Of a stretch of DNA of 64,000 bases, positions 25,187-39,075 are shown one piece after another. This DNA comes from Tubiluchus corallicola. Lineage: Eukaryota; Animalia; Priapulida. The notes beneath the pieces are model-generated. The model searched no databases. It saw only the letters and a list, made by a program, of their open reading frames with translations, and had not been told where the DNA came from. The translations under genes were made by a program, and so were the position numbers. Numbering within the stretch: position 1 is the first letter of the stretch; every line of letters begins with the position of its first letter. The stretch is from NCBI GenBank assembly GCA_030141605.1, contig JAQGDQ010000111.1:496001-560000 (forward strand), in the 5' to 3' direction.

Positions 25187-27401
25187 GTATGAATTCTGGC
25201 ATGCATTGTGAAACACTGTTAACTGCTGCCATAATTTGTACGTTATGACCTCTTAAATTCCTGCTGATATATGTTATTTAAATTTCCCAAAGGCTTCAAG
25301 CACTGGGAATTTAGAAGCATGTAACCCCAAAATTTTCATTGGCTTTGCTGTGTTCTGATCGCTAGTATGTAAACTTGTGGCATGCAACTTTGAGTTTTGA
25401 TAGATCTTTTAGAATCATAAAAAAAACATTAATGTTTTCTCCACAAACTTCTCCCAGTAGTCTGCCATGCTTGAAAGATTATGATTAACAAATTAATGTT
25501 TTGCTGATATACTGTTTGTTTGTTTGTTTAATACATTTGAGCCCAAATGAAGAGGACTTGGTGTAAATAATGTGTAAAGAGGACTAAGGACTATAATACA
25601 TGTATCAATGACAAATTTGGAAAATAATTTTCATCAGAGTCACTCTTTGAATGTGTTGTATTTCTTGTTTGAACATCTCCTACAGTCACTTCTTTTACAT
25701 TTCCTTCCGTTTCGTTTAAGATTACATTGTTCTCGGATATTTCAAACGGTTCTTTGCTAAGTGTGTCGGTGAATGAGCCTCAATTTGTTTTGATTCCCTT
25801 CTTTTGAAGAAACGACTTTCAATTCTGCTAGAAGGTGAATCAGCCTCTTCTTTCTGGGAAATAACCGTTAATTTTAGTAGAAAATTACGGCAAAACAAAT
25901 GTATCTCGTGTATCATTTGAGAAGACTAAATTGATGGCAGTCGAGTAGTACTGGGTAATTGACTGTCAATAATTTGGCAAAATTCAGCGTTCCATTTGAT
26001 GAATGAGACTCAAAATATAGACATTTGACATCGCTGCCTCATTACAACATGTAGGCATTTTTTATTCATTTTGATTCCACACACTGCTAGCATGTAGTTT
26101 CCAGTACTTAAATGGCATTGCCGTAGATGCTTGTAGCAGGACCAAAACTTTGCTTTATAAAAGCTAATCCTCTAAGATAAGATATTAAATCAGCTGTTTA
26201 AGCTGTCAAGAGCCAATTGTGGCGATAGTCACAAATCCATTTGCTAATCCGGCTCATTGTTGCTTAATTTTGGTTGTTAAGTGCACATTGTAACCACTCA
26301 ACTAATCCCCTCACCCTCAGCGAAAAAACTTCCGTTTTGTATGTTCCTATAATAATGCAAGTTTGTCAACCCGATAATTGCTAAATTTAATTCACTCGAA
26401 AAATTCTCATATTCCTTCATAGTCTTTTATCAGTGTAAAACTTTAGATTTAAAATATCAGATGTCAGAATTTGGACAGTGTTTTGTTAACAAGTTAAGTG
26501 ACTCACTGCACTGTGTTGGCCTTGTCGTCTGAGCACAAGTATAGCCTAATCATTAATCAGTACATTTTCAACACCTGATTCTATTAATTATTTCTATATA
26601 GGGTAATATATACTGCATATTCTCTCAGGTGGATTGTTTAATTAATTAAATTCAGTATAGGTTTCATTCTGTAACAGGAGCTGTTTATCAAATTAGATTT
26701 AAATAACATCAAGTAGGAACAAGTTACTGCAGACAAACCGGCTGGTTAATACAAATAAGTTTTGTGGCAGTTAAGCATCATTGGACTTAATAAATGATAT
26801 TCCATCTGGGAGAAGCAAAAATTCTGTTTTTATGAGATGAGACACATGGTGACTTGAGTTAGAAAACAGCTCTATGACGCACGTTCTTTGCCAGTTGTGT
26901 TAACTCCTTTGTTGAAATTATGTGTAGAGCATTAGAGCACATGCCAACAATGGATTAGCTAGCCAATAAGTGACAGTTTGCTGGTTAATAATTACGTTCA
27001 AATTTTTGTTTCTAATGCTCCATAGCAACTCGTAAATGAACGCTACTTTTTCGGACAATATTAAACACCAAAACTTCGCTGATATTAATGTTAATTAATA
27101 TGACAAATATAATACTGATAATATGAATAGAATAGTGTGCAATCTATTATTCAACATCTAAGCATAACAAATGTGTATAAAATCCCAATGCTGTTTAATG
27201 TATTTTTACGCCCCTGTACTAATGGCCATACAAGACTCTTTTGCATGATTTGTAGCTATATAATGAGCGCTTTCATGCGTTTATTACTTATTTGAATATT
27301 TATGCATCACATGCTATTCTGCAATTATCTGTTATGGCGTTACCATTTGGAAACACGTTAGCAGTTAGCAACACGCAATGGTTTGCAATTGTATATTCCC
27401 G

Positions 27402-27606
27402 CAGGCCCGACGAGAGAGGGCGGCAGGGGGATAGTGCCCTGGGTACTATAGTGCCCTGCACAGCATAAATGTCTTAGGTTCTTACAGTATAAGATTAATG
27501 TTGTCATTTCTGTGTTTCGTTCAGCTTTATGTAACGTTTTGCCACTTAAAGTGGGGCCCCTAATGCTTATGTGCCCCGGGACCCGTAATGGCTCTCGACA
27601 GCCTTG
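27402..27606 (+). mobile_element. GC-rich hAT-like MITE (degenerate)
   Basis: Ends CAGGCCCGACGAGAG / CTCTCGACAGCCTTG; internal GGGGCCCC and GCCCCGGG motifs typical of such MITEs. Confidence 0.5.
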
Positions 27607-29530
27607 TGTACAGGTGTGACTAAAACGGAACCTAATCCTATTGTCTACCTGTTTTTATGAAAAATATCATCTTGTGCAAAATTTTATTGTACGTGTACCT
27701 GATGTAGTGACCGTTTTGTCCCACCCTAACGTTATTGGTTTATATTTTTATGTACTTAAATTGATATTGTTCTTTCATTGTTTTCTTAACTTATCCTTAT
27801 GTAATTGTGGAAACCTTCGTGAAAATGAAGGTCACCTTCATTAGACAAATTGATTGACAAAACCCCTTGCTTTCTTTACAAGAGAGAAGCATTTGAATCT
27901 GTGCGTTTATCATTAGCAGATTGGAAGTAGTTACATGCTGTGATCGGGCAAGGTGACGCTGACTGTTATAACAGTCAAGTACAGCGAAGCCTGTTTTAAT
28001 TGTACTAGTAACTAGTCGTACCGGCCCAGTTTTCTCAGGAACAAATCAATACAAGCAGTCAGACGCCCAAACACACATGCGTCTAACGTGCTGCCATCTA
28101 TTTGTCGTAATAGTAATGTCTGTCGTATCTCGGCGGCAGCTGCCAGCTGTTGTTATTCCGAGACTCGAAATTAACAACATGCCTTGTCGAACAATTCCTT
28201 GTCCTGTTGGAGAACTGACACTGGATTTTGCACAAATCAAACTAAGCTGTGAAAACGAAAATATTTTCAAAACGAAATGAAAACAACTTCGTTCAAATTA
28301 AAGCAAGTGCAGGAATGCATTTTGCAAACTGAACTGCATGTTTTCAATGCTTTTTTGCTACTTTGCTGGAAGCCAAAATAGTTTAAGGCAAATGTTCTCA
28401 CTTCAAAACATATACCAGATCATGATTGCCTTTTGCTATTTACAATTATAACAAATTAGTTCAAATGCATTAATATTCGGTAGTAGATGGTAGTAGGAAA
28501 GGGTTAGGTATTACCATGTATCTGAAAATTAAATTTTTAACTTTATTTTGACTTAATTTTGTATTTGTAATTGTTACCAATTATTTGAAAGTACGTTACT
28601 GTACGGCAAAAGGTTTTACTGTTATCTTAGCTTATTTTTATAACTTAGGTATTATCACGAATTTTAAGGTTAAAAGAAAAAGTTCTGCAGGCAGTAAGTA
28701 ATGATGTACTGTATGACATAAAGAAATGTATTACATACCACATTTCTTTTTGATAAATCATAATTTGTTTCCGCTGTTTGTGTAGTTTTTTTAGTTTAGT
28801 TTTTTTCGTTTAGTTTATTATTATCACATTCAGTACAATATAATGACATTAAGCACACAGTGACATCAAAATTATTACATCATACTGTATTAAATTGTTA
28901 TGTTTCATACACTATCGTTATCGTAAAAGAATAATTGTACTGCAGTGGGCTAGAGAAGCAAAGGCTTGCATAAGCCCACTGTCATGTGAACCCGATAAAA
29001 AAGAATGGATGAGTGAACAAAAAAAAGAACTGGGAGAAAGGTTAGATCACACAGGAAGGGTAGAAGGATGTGTTAGTGGAAATGGTAGAAAGAAAGATAA
29101 TAGATTGTGCTATGTTGACATTGAAACCTGGCATTGAGGTTCACTTCCTATCTAGTAACAGGAAATTCCTACCTTGCATCCCGTCAAATTAACAGTGCTT
29201 GATATTCTTGCGTGAAATGGGTTTTATTCTTCCCGTGTTTTGTATTTTCGGGTTTATTCTAATTTTTTATGATCAGCTGTCAGTATTGTTTCGTGTCGTT
29301 TGACCTGCCGTTTTTGAGCACATTGACCAGTTCACTTTTATCTTGTCTGTACATGCTTGAGGTTTCGATTTCAAAAGTGAATCATTCTTGTGCGACGGTG
29401 TATAAAGCAATAATATGATTATATAATTATACAATAATATAACAATTTCTGATCACATTTACTCTTATAATAGACGATTGGTATTGATGAAAACAAATTG
29501 TTGATATAAAAGTGATCGCCACCATTCACG

Positions 29531-29725
29531 TAAGCAAAGACATGGCTTTTATTCAGACAACGTCTGCAGCGTTTCGACATAGAACACAACGACTCCCCTA
29601 AAAAAAATGCTGTGTAAAAGATACAAAAATCAACATTTTTATTTAGGTGGGTTGTTACATGATCATGACATGGAGTATGTCGATATGTTGCAGATGTGTC
29701 TGAATAAAAGCCATATTTTTGCTTA
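29531..29725. mobile_element. About 50-bp inverted repeat, Penelope-like terminal repeat remnant
   Basis: Perfect 18-bp core ATGGCTTTTATTCAGACA (29542-29559) / TGTCTGAATAAAAGCCAT (29697-29714) with imperfect extension; GTCGAAACG...AATAAA organisation. Confidence 0.5.
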
Positions 29726-31339
29726 TGAAGATGCAAGTCTTTCAGTGGTACTTTTGCAAGAGGAACACCTTTTGAATGTCTGAGGAGTAGATCTAATGTT
29801 TGATTGGTAATTTACCATTTTTGGATCCGTAATTTTCTGAAGTCGTACGAGCAGTTATTTGACACCTGGAAGCTGCTTATGTGCTGATAAGTTACAAGTA
29901 CAAAAATGACGTGACTGTTCTACACTACAGCGTTACAATATCAGAAGGAGGGTGATATACGAAATGAGATTTTTCCTGTGTAATAGTTGAAAATGATGGC
30001 CATTCTGTGTTCTGTGAAAAGTCTGCTTTATGATTTGATGTGCTGGATTATCAAATTCTCTGCAAATGCTGTAAAAATCCCCGCAGAGAGTACTGAACAT
30101 GAATCAGTAGATAATAAGCCTAAGAGTGATACGAAATTGAGAGAGTCTTGTGCCAACAACTCACACTGTTTCACCACATTTACGTGGCCTGGCATTGAGA
30201 AAGGAGAGATGTCTCCACGGATTGGCAGCACTGTCGAGAGACTGCTCCCATGGAGTGAATGTCACTTGAAGAAGCTAGCAGAAAGTAATGACATTATTTT
30301 ATAGTTGCTACCTAAAATTATCCGTACAAATATAATAAGTTGTCTTATTTGTGCTGACGATTGTGTCAGTAGCATAGATTTAGATAAAGCACGTGTGCCT
30401 TAGATGGTCAGTAGCCATTTAACATGTTGTGTTTTTTAGTTCAGCAAGTCCTAGCTTAGCGATGCTAATGCATCGCAGCAAATTGTTAAACAAGATTTTG
30501 TTAAGCCAGGAATTACTGTTGTTTTTTATTGTACAAGATTCTTTGTGATCCGAGCAACAATTAATAATTTCATATTGGCATTCATTATTTGCAAAGATGT
30601 GTTTACTGTGTAGCATAGTCTTAAGTAAAATCTCCTTTATCAGACCTAATCTTCTTTTAAATTTCATGAGTTTTTCTTTGTTACGTGGGCTTTTTTGTCC
30701 CGCCCATTTTCACATCTCTTCTTTTCATTTTTGAAAAGCGATTTTCATCTTTTATAATGTAGTGTTAATTTTTTGTTCCTAGAATCAACTTAATTTGTGT
30801 AATATATTACAAAACACCATATAAACAAATATTGCTTTAAGGGTAGCCGACTTGGTGACCAATTGGTCTTTCGCTACCCTTTCTCCTGCACTCCCCTAAC
30901 TCTTTACTTTATGCATAATGTATCCGATTTAATTAATAACTATAGCAATAATAGTCTATTTGTATTCTGGTGTAAATGAGCAGATAAATAAAATGTCCAT
31001 GTCTATGTAGATGCTTTAATGAGTGTGGCATGTAATTATTTTTATGGCTTTCTAATTTATGTTATGTATAAGTAGCTATAAATAAACATGTGTATGTTTT
31101 TACAAAATATGCACCTTGTTTTTAATATTTTAGTTGAATTTTAAGTTTCAAATCCCAGTTGAGGACAAGGTTTCTCCAGCCGTTTATTTTATTTCACTTC
31201 TAAGTGGCTGTAAACGAACCTGCATTGTGTTTATAAGAACCACAGACACAGTTTTCTCTAGATCATATTAGATTTATAGTATTTTATATGTATAATGAAT
31301 TTCTTAGCCTGAAATCCTGAACCTTTTCCGTGTCTGCAT

Positions 31340-31402
31340 AGCATAGCTATTAGCTACCCAGAATACAGTAGATCTCGGTTCGATACCCAGTGGAGCTTAA
31401 GT
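31340..31402 (+). mobile_element. tRNA-derived SINE head remnant
   Basis: B-box-like GGTTCGATACCC (about 31377-31388) without a complete cloverleaf. Confidence 0.35.
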
Positions 31403-31494
31403 TATTTTATTTCACTTATAAGCTTTTGCTTTGCTGTAATCTAGTTTGTGTATTGCACTTACATGCTTTATTGACGAATGATTTCTTATTTCAG

Positions 31495-31665
31495 AATGTA
31501 AAGTGTGGCGTAATCCAATGAATCTTTTTCGTGGATCAGAGTATAACCGCTACCTGTGGGCAACGGGAAAGGAGCCACTGACTTATTACGACATGAATCT
31601 GTCCGCACAAGACCACCAAACATTTTTTACGTGTGACTCGGATGCTGGGAGACCGGATTACGAAT
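31495..31665 (+). CDS. ST7: ST7 exon 4
   Basis: [57 protein letters not shown]. Confidence 0.96.
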
Positions 31666-32883
31666 GTAAGAATTAATTGCAGCCAATAACTAGAAAATTG
31701 AATTTTTGACATTCAGTCAGAAGTAGAAAGAATTTCTTGAAGAAACTAAATTTTAATTATTTGTTGACTTTCAATTGTTAAGAACAATTATGGCAGCTAA
31801 AATTATGCAGTTAGTTTTTTTTACAAAAATGTTCTATCAGTTGTTTACTCATTATGAGGTTAGAGTTGGGTTCTTGTTCTGATTCTTGGTCCTCAGTTTT
31901 GATTATTTTTGTAGCTGAAGTTGTATTTGTGACATTTCCAATTTGTTACACTAAAACCGCTGTTAGTTTTGCAAACGTATTATCTTTTTGTAAAGATAAT
32001 TTAAGATATGCCATTGTGCATTTGTTTTTAATTTTTAATAGATCGACCCATTTCTCTGGAAACTCCAACTGCATCCTGCTTTCGCAAAAGCTTGAAAACA
32101 GTTCATAAAAATGTACCCCAACATACCCAGTTGATCGTCAGTTGATCATTTTTTTGCTTTGCTTTTATTTTATATATATGCCACTGTGCAACATACCAAT
32201 AACATAGAGATAATTCTTAAAGCAAAACCGGACCCAATCTTAAACTGTAGGTCAAAAAAGTCTACTCTTTAAAATATTGAAAGTGAACATGCTATTTTTT
32301 CAAGAATGACTTACATGAAAGAATTATTACCATACAAATGAAATTTCACGTTCGCTGCACTAGTTTTTCACTGTTACATGCATTTCGTCATTTGCTAGTT
32401 AGACGGGTGCTAGCACCTGCCTTTCAGAAATGCATTGCACAAAAAACAGATTGTAGTTTGTGACAAACTACACATGTTTGACAGCTCATAGGTGAGCACA
32501 GCAGTGAATTTGAAATTTTAATTTTTTTAAGAAAACTTGTCTAGTACACAACATACTGAGTCTCTTATTTTAGCATTGTGCTTCAATTTCTTTTTCTACA
32601 AACACATGCAACTTCCTTGTGGAATGTTTTTTGCTGTTGAAAATTATGTTAGTTAGTGATATCATCAATAGTTGGGATCGCCCACCATTAATTAAGATTT
32701 TAATCTAGTATTTAATTATGAGAAACGCTTTTGCAGTTTTAATTGTTTTAAAATTTGGGGTAGTATATGAAGCATTTTCAAATTGGGGATTTGAAAATGG
32801 GGTGGTATATGAAAAATCATCCTGTTTTCCTTTTAACTCTTAAAAAAATCATGCAGTAGTGTAGTCAGAAACCTTTGTTTCAG

Positions 32884-32962
32884 GTATGCAACAAGCTTGG
32901 AGAGAAAGGAACCCTTCAGTGCGTATCAAATTAGCAAAAGAAGCTTTAGAAAAAGACTCTGA
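32884..32962 (+). CDS. ST7: ST7 exon 5
   Basis: MQQAWRERNPSVRIKLAKEALEKDS. Confidence 0.94.
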
Positions 32963-33955
32963 GTAAGTATGGAAAAGCCGCACCCTTTTCTGTGTAGCAT
33001 TATTATGTAAGATTAATATATAGATTATTTTCCTTCTTGTACCACATACGCTATGGTTTAAGTTGTTCCTAATTCATCATTAATGGTGCTGCCTTTGGTT
33101 TTATTAAGAGTTTTTGAAAGAAATTCACCGTGCGTTTCTGACAACCAACATATGGTGGCAGAGACTTGATTCTTGTTTAAGCCTGTGAATTTGTTTACTT
33201 TCAGTGTCTTCACCGACTTTTGTAACATTCTGCCTCCATCTAAATTATTAATATATTTATAAGTATCCGAGACTAAGAAAATGACAATTGAGTCCAATTA
33301 TTGTCGTTTAAATGAGACGATGAGACTCTGAAAGACCTTGTAGTAGTGGTCGTATAGCTGTCGTTACTTGTGATAGTTACTACTCAGCATGCCCATTTAC
33401 CAACTCCACAACTACAGGGTGTTCAAAAAGTACCCTGTCCTTGTACTAGACAAAAATCAACAGATCTGCTGCAAGTTTCCTGGTGTATAACCTGTTTGTA
33501 GAAAACGTATGAGAACAAATATTTTTACTTTTAGTTTTGAGAATCAGACATACATGCTTCTTCATAGAAATTCATACTTCCGTACAAAGTAGCAATTTCT
33601 TTATTCTAATTTCTAACAATTTTAGTTGTTCTTTTACATCATTTTGATAAAGTTTTTGTCAGGACACAGCAAAGAAGCACAGTTTAAGGTATCAAAACTA
33701 AAAAATGTCTCCCTATTAGGCCTATTAATGTTTTTAAGTGCTACCAGAATTTTACTTTTTTGGGGTCATTTTAATCGATTTGCTTATTAGTTGATAAATT
33801 CACATTACAACGTAGCATTAATGCACATCACAACTTACGTTAATGCATTACTATGGCCATAATGCCAGCGTCTTATTTGATTATTGAAAGGCCACAGGAA
33901 ATATAAAGTCTTAGGAATACCTGAGGCATTCATAATGTGATTACACAGCTGTATA

Positions 33956-34547
33956 CAGTAAACTACGTATAACTTGAATTCTTGTATATCTCGAACAGAT
34001 CTCGTGGAATGGATTTCCCCTTTCCTTTTTCCTTTAACAAACATCGTGTAACTCAAATTATTGCGTAACTCGAACCAAATTCCCGGTGCAATTCTTAAGA
34101 ATCTGATTGAAATGTGTCTATCTCGAACAGCCTCCCAAGCGAGAAGTCCTACCTGAAAGTGTGCACAGCATTACAATTTTAGCTACTAGTTTCAGCAAAA
34201 ATACTAAGATTTCTTGCATTACCTTATCAGAATGCTGCACTTAACATGGCTTAATGAACATGTTTTAATGTACATCACAATATTATTATTGCTGAATTCC
34301 ATTATTGCTACTCATACTACAATAGATGTGGACCATTTTATTTTCGATTATTCATAGAAGTTGTTGCAGGGTATTTAATTAAAGGCTCAGTTTGTCATTT
34401 TCACAGGCTGTAGTTTTACTAGTGTATTGTCCAGTGTTGAAGAGTGACACAATCTTGTTTTCTTATGCACATTGTCTAACTCGTACTTTCGCATAACTCG
34501 AACAAATTTTCCGGTCCTGAAGTGTTCGAGTTACAAATAGTTTACTG
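33956..34547 (+). mobile_element. Tc1/mariner-pogo (Tigger-like) MITE
   Basis: TA|CAGTAAACTA ... TAGTTTACTG termini; repeated subterminal ATAACTCGAAC motifs. Confidence 0.7.
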
Positions 34548-34597
34548 TTTGTATTGATGGTGTTAGTTTAAGTTATCAGTGTGTTTTTAATCTTTAG

Positions 34598-34752
34598 GTG
34601 TGCACCTGCAATGATACTGCTAGCGGAAGAAGAATCTACTACGATACTTGAATCAGAAAAGTTATTTAAACAAGCCCACAAAGCCGCCGACGTACAGTGG
34701 AAGCGCAGTCAACAAAACCAGCATTTAGGTACCTCTCAGGAAGCTTTACATA
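34598..34752 (+). CDS. ST7: ST7 exon 6
   Basis: CAPAMILLAEEESTTILESEKLFKQAHKAADVQWKRSQQNQHLGTSQEALH. Confidence 0.95.
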
Positions 34753-36097
34753 GTAAGTTTTACATTAATAACTTTTAGCAGTCAACTTTCCATGGTTGTC
34801 CAACTTTTATTACTGATTTTGTGCATATTTAGAGGCAGAAATAATATTTTTTTAGCAAGAACTAGAGCAATGTATGAAACATTTTACAATGAAGAAAAAA
34901 TCATTATAATAATAATACTCTTAAGAAATGGTATCTAATGATCTTTTGTGCGTTTTTCTTCTTTTTTCACCTAATGACAGTCCGCAAGTGCAAACTTCAT
35001 GTCTTTCCTTACCTTTGTCAAATCTTTATGGATTTCGAACTTGGCATTTTCCTTATTAATTTAGGAATTTTGCACAGCCGCTACAGCACTTGTATAAATT
35101 ATGTGTGTCATTTATGCATCTAAACAAATCAATTTTCGATAATTTGCAGCTTCTTTCTGATGGTTTTATTGGCAGTTGGTCCGTAAATGCATCAGAGCCT
35201 TTAATTATTGCTGTTTTTTAACTTTATAAAGTCTATTTTCTTCAAAATATTTTAGGTAAAACTTATTTAGATTACACATCGTTGCCCTTTTACTTATGAT
35301 TTTTGACATTTAAATACAACAATTAAAGCGTTTTGTAAATTTTCTATATTTTTATGCTAGTATTGCTTGTGCATCAGCACGAAAAACTAGCTAGTATCTT
35401 CACGGTACATGTTGGCCACGGGCAATCTTGAAACTTTGTAATTCGATTATAATTTTGTTCTTGTAATTCGATATCGCGACTAATCTTTTAGTATTTTAGC
35501 CATATTCTTCAATGGTTGCTGTAAAATACAGCCTCTAAACTTCACGACTTTCCTCGTCTGCCATTTTCATACTCGCAAACTATTTTTATAGACATGCTGA
35601 TTCATTAACTACTCTATTACTACGTCACGTGAAAACGAATTTGAAGCTCCAGTTTGCATCAATTTAGTTTGCAATTGTGCACATTGTGTAAGGTGACAAA
35701 AATGAAGAAAAAAATGCAATGATTCTGTTTAATTGTGCTAAATCACTGCGTTTGGCTAGTGTGTAACGCGTATATTTTGCTCTCGATTAATTGAATTACT
35801 GTTCCATCGCCGATTATATCTTGTTCAATTCAATTAATCAATTAATCGCCCATCACTAGTGCACGTGTTATGAAATTGACGATGAAACGAAAACAAAATT
35901 ATAGAAAATTTTACACAGACAATGGTAATAGTAACTAAAGTAACTAACAACAAAAAGAATAACTTATTTACAAAATATCTAATAACGAGTGTTTGTTTAT
36001 GTTCCTATTACATTTTTTATATTGCTTAATTTTACTATGAAGTATCCTTGTATTGTCTGGTGATTTACAAAGTTTGTGATTTTTATTGTTTTTCTAG

Positions 36098-36195
36098 GGA
36101 GAGATACAAACGTTTTACTGTATATTCGGCGGAGGTTAGCAATGTGCGCACGAAAACTCGGTCGAGTAAAAGAAGCTGTAAAAATGATGCGTGAC
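36098..36195 (+). CDS. ST7: ST7 exon 7
   Basis: [33 protein letters not shown]. Confidence 0.96.
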
Positions 36196-37100
36196 GTGAG
36201 TAATACAGATTTAAAACTTCCTTTTAGTCTGTGATAGCTTCAAATACGTGCATTTAAACACTCTGGAATTTTCATTCTTGGACGTTTCGTGCCATATTTT
36301 GTGATCATACTAATTTAAACTTACTGCTGTTTCGGTTCATTTTTTATACTATGCAATTAATTTGCATAACCTTTTTACCAAGCATCGCAAAATTAGCTGC
36401 AAATTTTAAATGAGTAAAGCATGAACAACAAGTGTATATGTTACACTTTACGCATTTTTGCATTTGAATGTTGCAAGACTGATTGTAAAATGATAACATC
36501 CATAAATCTAGAGAAGATGATTTTGTGTGGAAATTAAACTGACCATTCCTCACTACTATTGCACTTTCAGATGATTGCTTTATTAGTCTCCCTTGTGATC
36601 ATCAAAATAGCGAATTTCCACGTTTTTATGAAAGAAAAATGAAAATGTGGGTTTATTTTTGGAGCTTATTTCACAGTTGGGATATTTTGTTTTGAGCATG
36701 GTGCACTTCTAGCATTTTATAGCATATTTTGAACATGGTGTACATATACATGTACATGAAACCAAGCGAAGTCCTTTTCGTACTTTTTGGCAACCTGTGA
36801 GAGTGTACTGCATCAGCCACTGTTCTTACTAATCTGTTTGTATTTTACTATTATTTTAATGAGTAAGAGCTGTGCATGTGCTAGTGGTCTATGGTGCTGC
36901 CATCTGTACTCCTAAATATATAAGAACTTTATATAACTTTTTATAACTAAACATTTTAATACTGAAGCTTCTACATTTTGTTACTTTTTACTACTATCAA
37001 AAACTAATTATTCACACTTGATATGTATATTATTATAATAATTATATAATTTTATACAATAAATAAGGACGACTGTTCACTGATTTATTGATTTTTTCAG

Positions 37101-37215
37101 CTCATGAAAGAATTCCCGATGTTTAGCGTATTTAATGTTCACGAAAATTTAATAGAAGCGTTGCTGGAATTACAGGCTTACGCGGACGTGCAAGCAGTTT
37201 TAGCAAAATATGATG
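37101..37215 (+). CDS. ST7: ST7 exon 8
   Basis: [38 protein letters not shown]. Confidence 0.96.
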
Positions 37216-38127
37216 GTAAATGTTGAAATAAAAAATTTGTTTATTTTTTCAATTAAACAAATAAATTCAAGTGTATTTGCAATTAAATGCAAAACACAGA
37301 AAAAGTAAAGGTATAACGAGTATTTTGTTTAACCTACTTACACTGTTACACAAGTTTATGTCATTGTCCATTAATCATCGAACCTGCCCATTTCACTAGT
37401 CTTCTGTCAATGTGAAGCATACAAGGATGGCAGTCGAATACAATTATACACTCTGTAAGTCTTCGCAGTTCCAGGGATTGATGATGATCGTGAAAAGATC
37501 AAAGGTTAAGTGTACCAGAGAATGCAGCCCATTTGTGTACACTTGACAACACCTCGCGGCCCATGCTATTGTAATAATAAGGGTTTTAACAACTAGCTAG
37601 AACTTTACCTAGTTCATTTTTTCTTGTTCCCAAGCAAGATCCTGCTGGTAAATCACTGTACGCACAGACTAATGCATAATTTAGTAAAGTCTATGTAAAA
37701 CAACTGAAGTCACTGAATGATGCGGCAGACAGCTTTGCTGTACCCACAAGTCACGTGACGGTTGTAGTTCAGACACGTTGCTGTGGTACACTAAACTACA
37801 GCAACTGCATGTGTGCATAACAAAACTGTAAAAACTATTGTGGCTTACCGTTGTTACGATGACTGTCACTGTTACAATGAAGAGTTCATCACTGATTCTG
37901 TTTCTGAGTTACGACACCAATTCGTAAAGGAGTGCTGCCTAGCTTGGGAGCAAAACCAAATCAAAATAGCTGTTATTAGACTCGGACTTACAACCTTCCA
38001 ACAAAAATCTAACTGATTGAGTTAGCTAAGCCAAAATAAATATTGTAGTGCTTGAAATGGGTCTTGATTGTTTTTTCAGCATGGTATTTAACTTGTATGA
38101 TGTTTTAAATTAATTTTCTATTTACAG

Positions 38128-38303
38128 ATATAACATTACCAAAGTCAGCCACTATATGCTATACCGCAGCTCTGTTAAAAGCACGGAGTGTGTGCGACAA
38201 ATTTTCTCCTGACATAGCGCATAAGCGAGGGTTAAGTACGGCTGAGCTTAATGCTGTTGAAGCTATACATCGAGCAGTTGAGTTTAACCCTCATGTTCCA
38301 AAG
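38128..38303 (+). CDS. ST7: ST7 exon 9
   Basis: [59 protein letters not shown]. Confidence 0.96.
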
Positions 38304-38924
38304 GTGGGGAGGTGTTGTAGTCTTTCTGTGTGCCATCAATTTGATCACCAATTATTAATATTCATATGATTTTTTTCATTTTTACCTTGTAGCACATTCG
38401 GTCCTGTTTTGTGTTGCTTCTTTTCTTATTTGTGAAGCTAATTGGTGATGGGAAAACGAATTTTTAAAATGAAAATAACAGCCAGCCCCCACTTTGCTTA
38501 AGCGGACACTGGCTGTTATTTTCCATTGTTTTTTTATTTTTATTGTGTCATTTCATTAAAAAGAAAAAGTCACAATTGTTAAAGTAAATTTAATTAAGAG
38601 ACTTTGCTGACAATGAACAATTTGATGACTTTTGTGGCAGTGAAATATTTCTTCTCGGGAATTGTACAATTGATTCACTTTTAATTTTACATTAAAACTG
38701 TTATTTTTACTTTAAATGGCATGCTGAAGCTTTTTACCTTTAACAGCCACCTGAAGATCTTAACCAGTTACCATCATAGTATATGAAAAAACATGATGAC
38801 ACATTGGTGCTTTCTGGTTGTATGTATCGCAATGTAGAAGATGTACCTAAATTTGTGAAATTTCACCTTGCAAATGTATTTTATTTCTGCAAATAATTGA
38901 CAACTAAACTTTTTAATTTTTCAG

Positions 38925-39075
38925 TATTTATTAGAAGTAAAACGTCTCATTTTTCCACCAGAACATATATTGAAGCGAGGCGATAGCGAAGCGGTTAGTT
39001 ACGCCTTCTTCCACTTGCAACACTGGAGTCGGATAGAGGGCGCTTTAAACCTGTTGCATTGTACATGGGAAGGAA
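38925..39075 (+). CDS. ST7: ST7 exon 10
   Basis: [50 protein letters not shown]. Confidence 0.96.

Noticed and set aside
31340-31402. tRNA gene
   Set aside because: Only a B-box-like T arm; no acceptor stem or anticodon arm.
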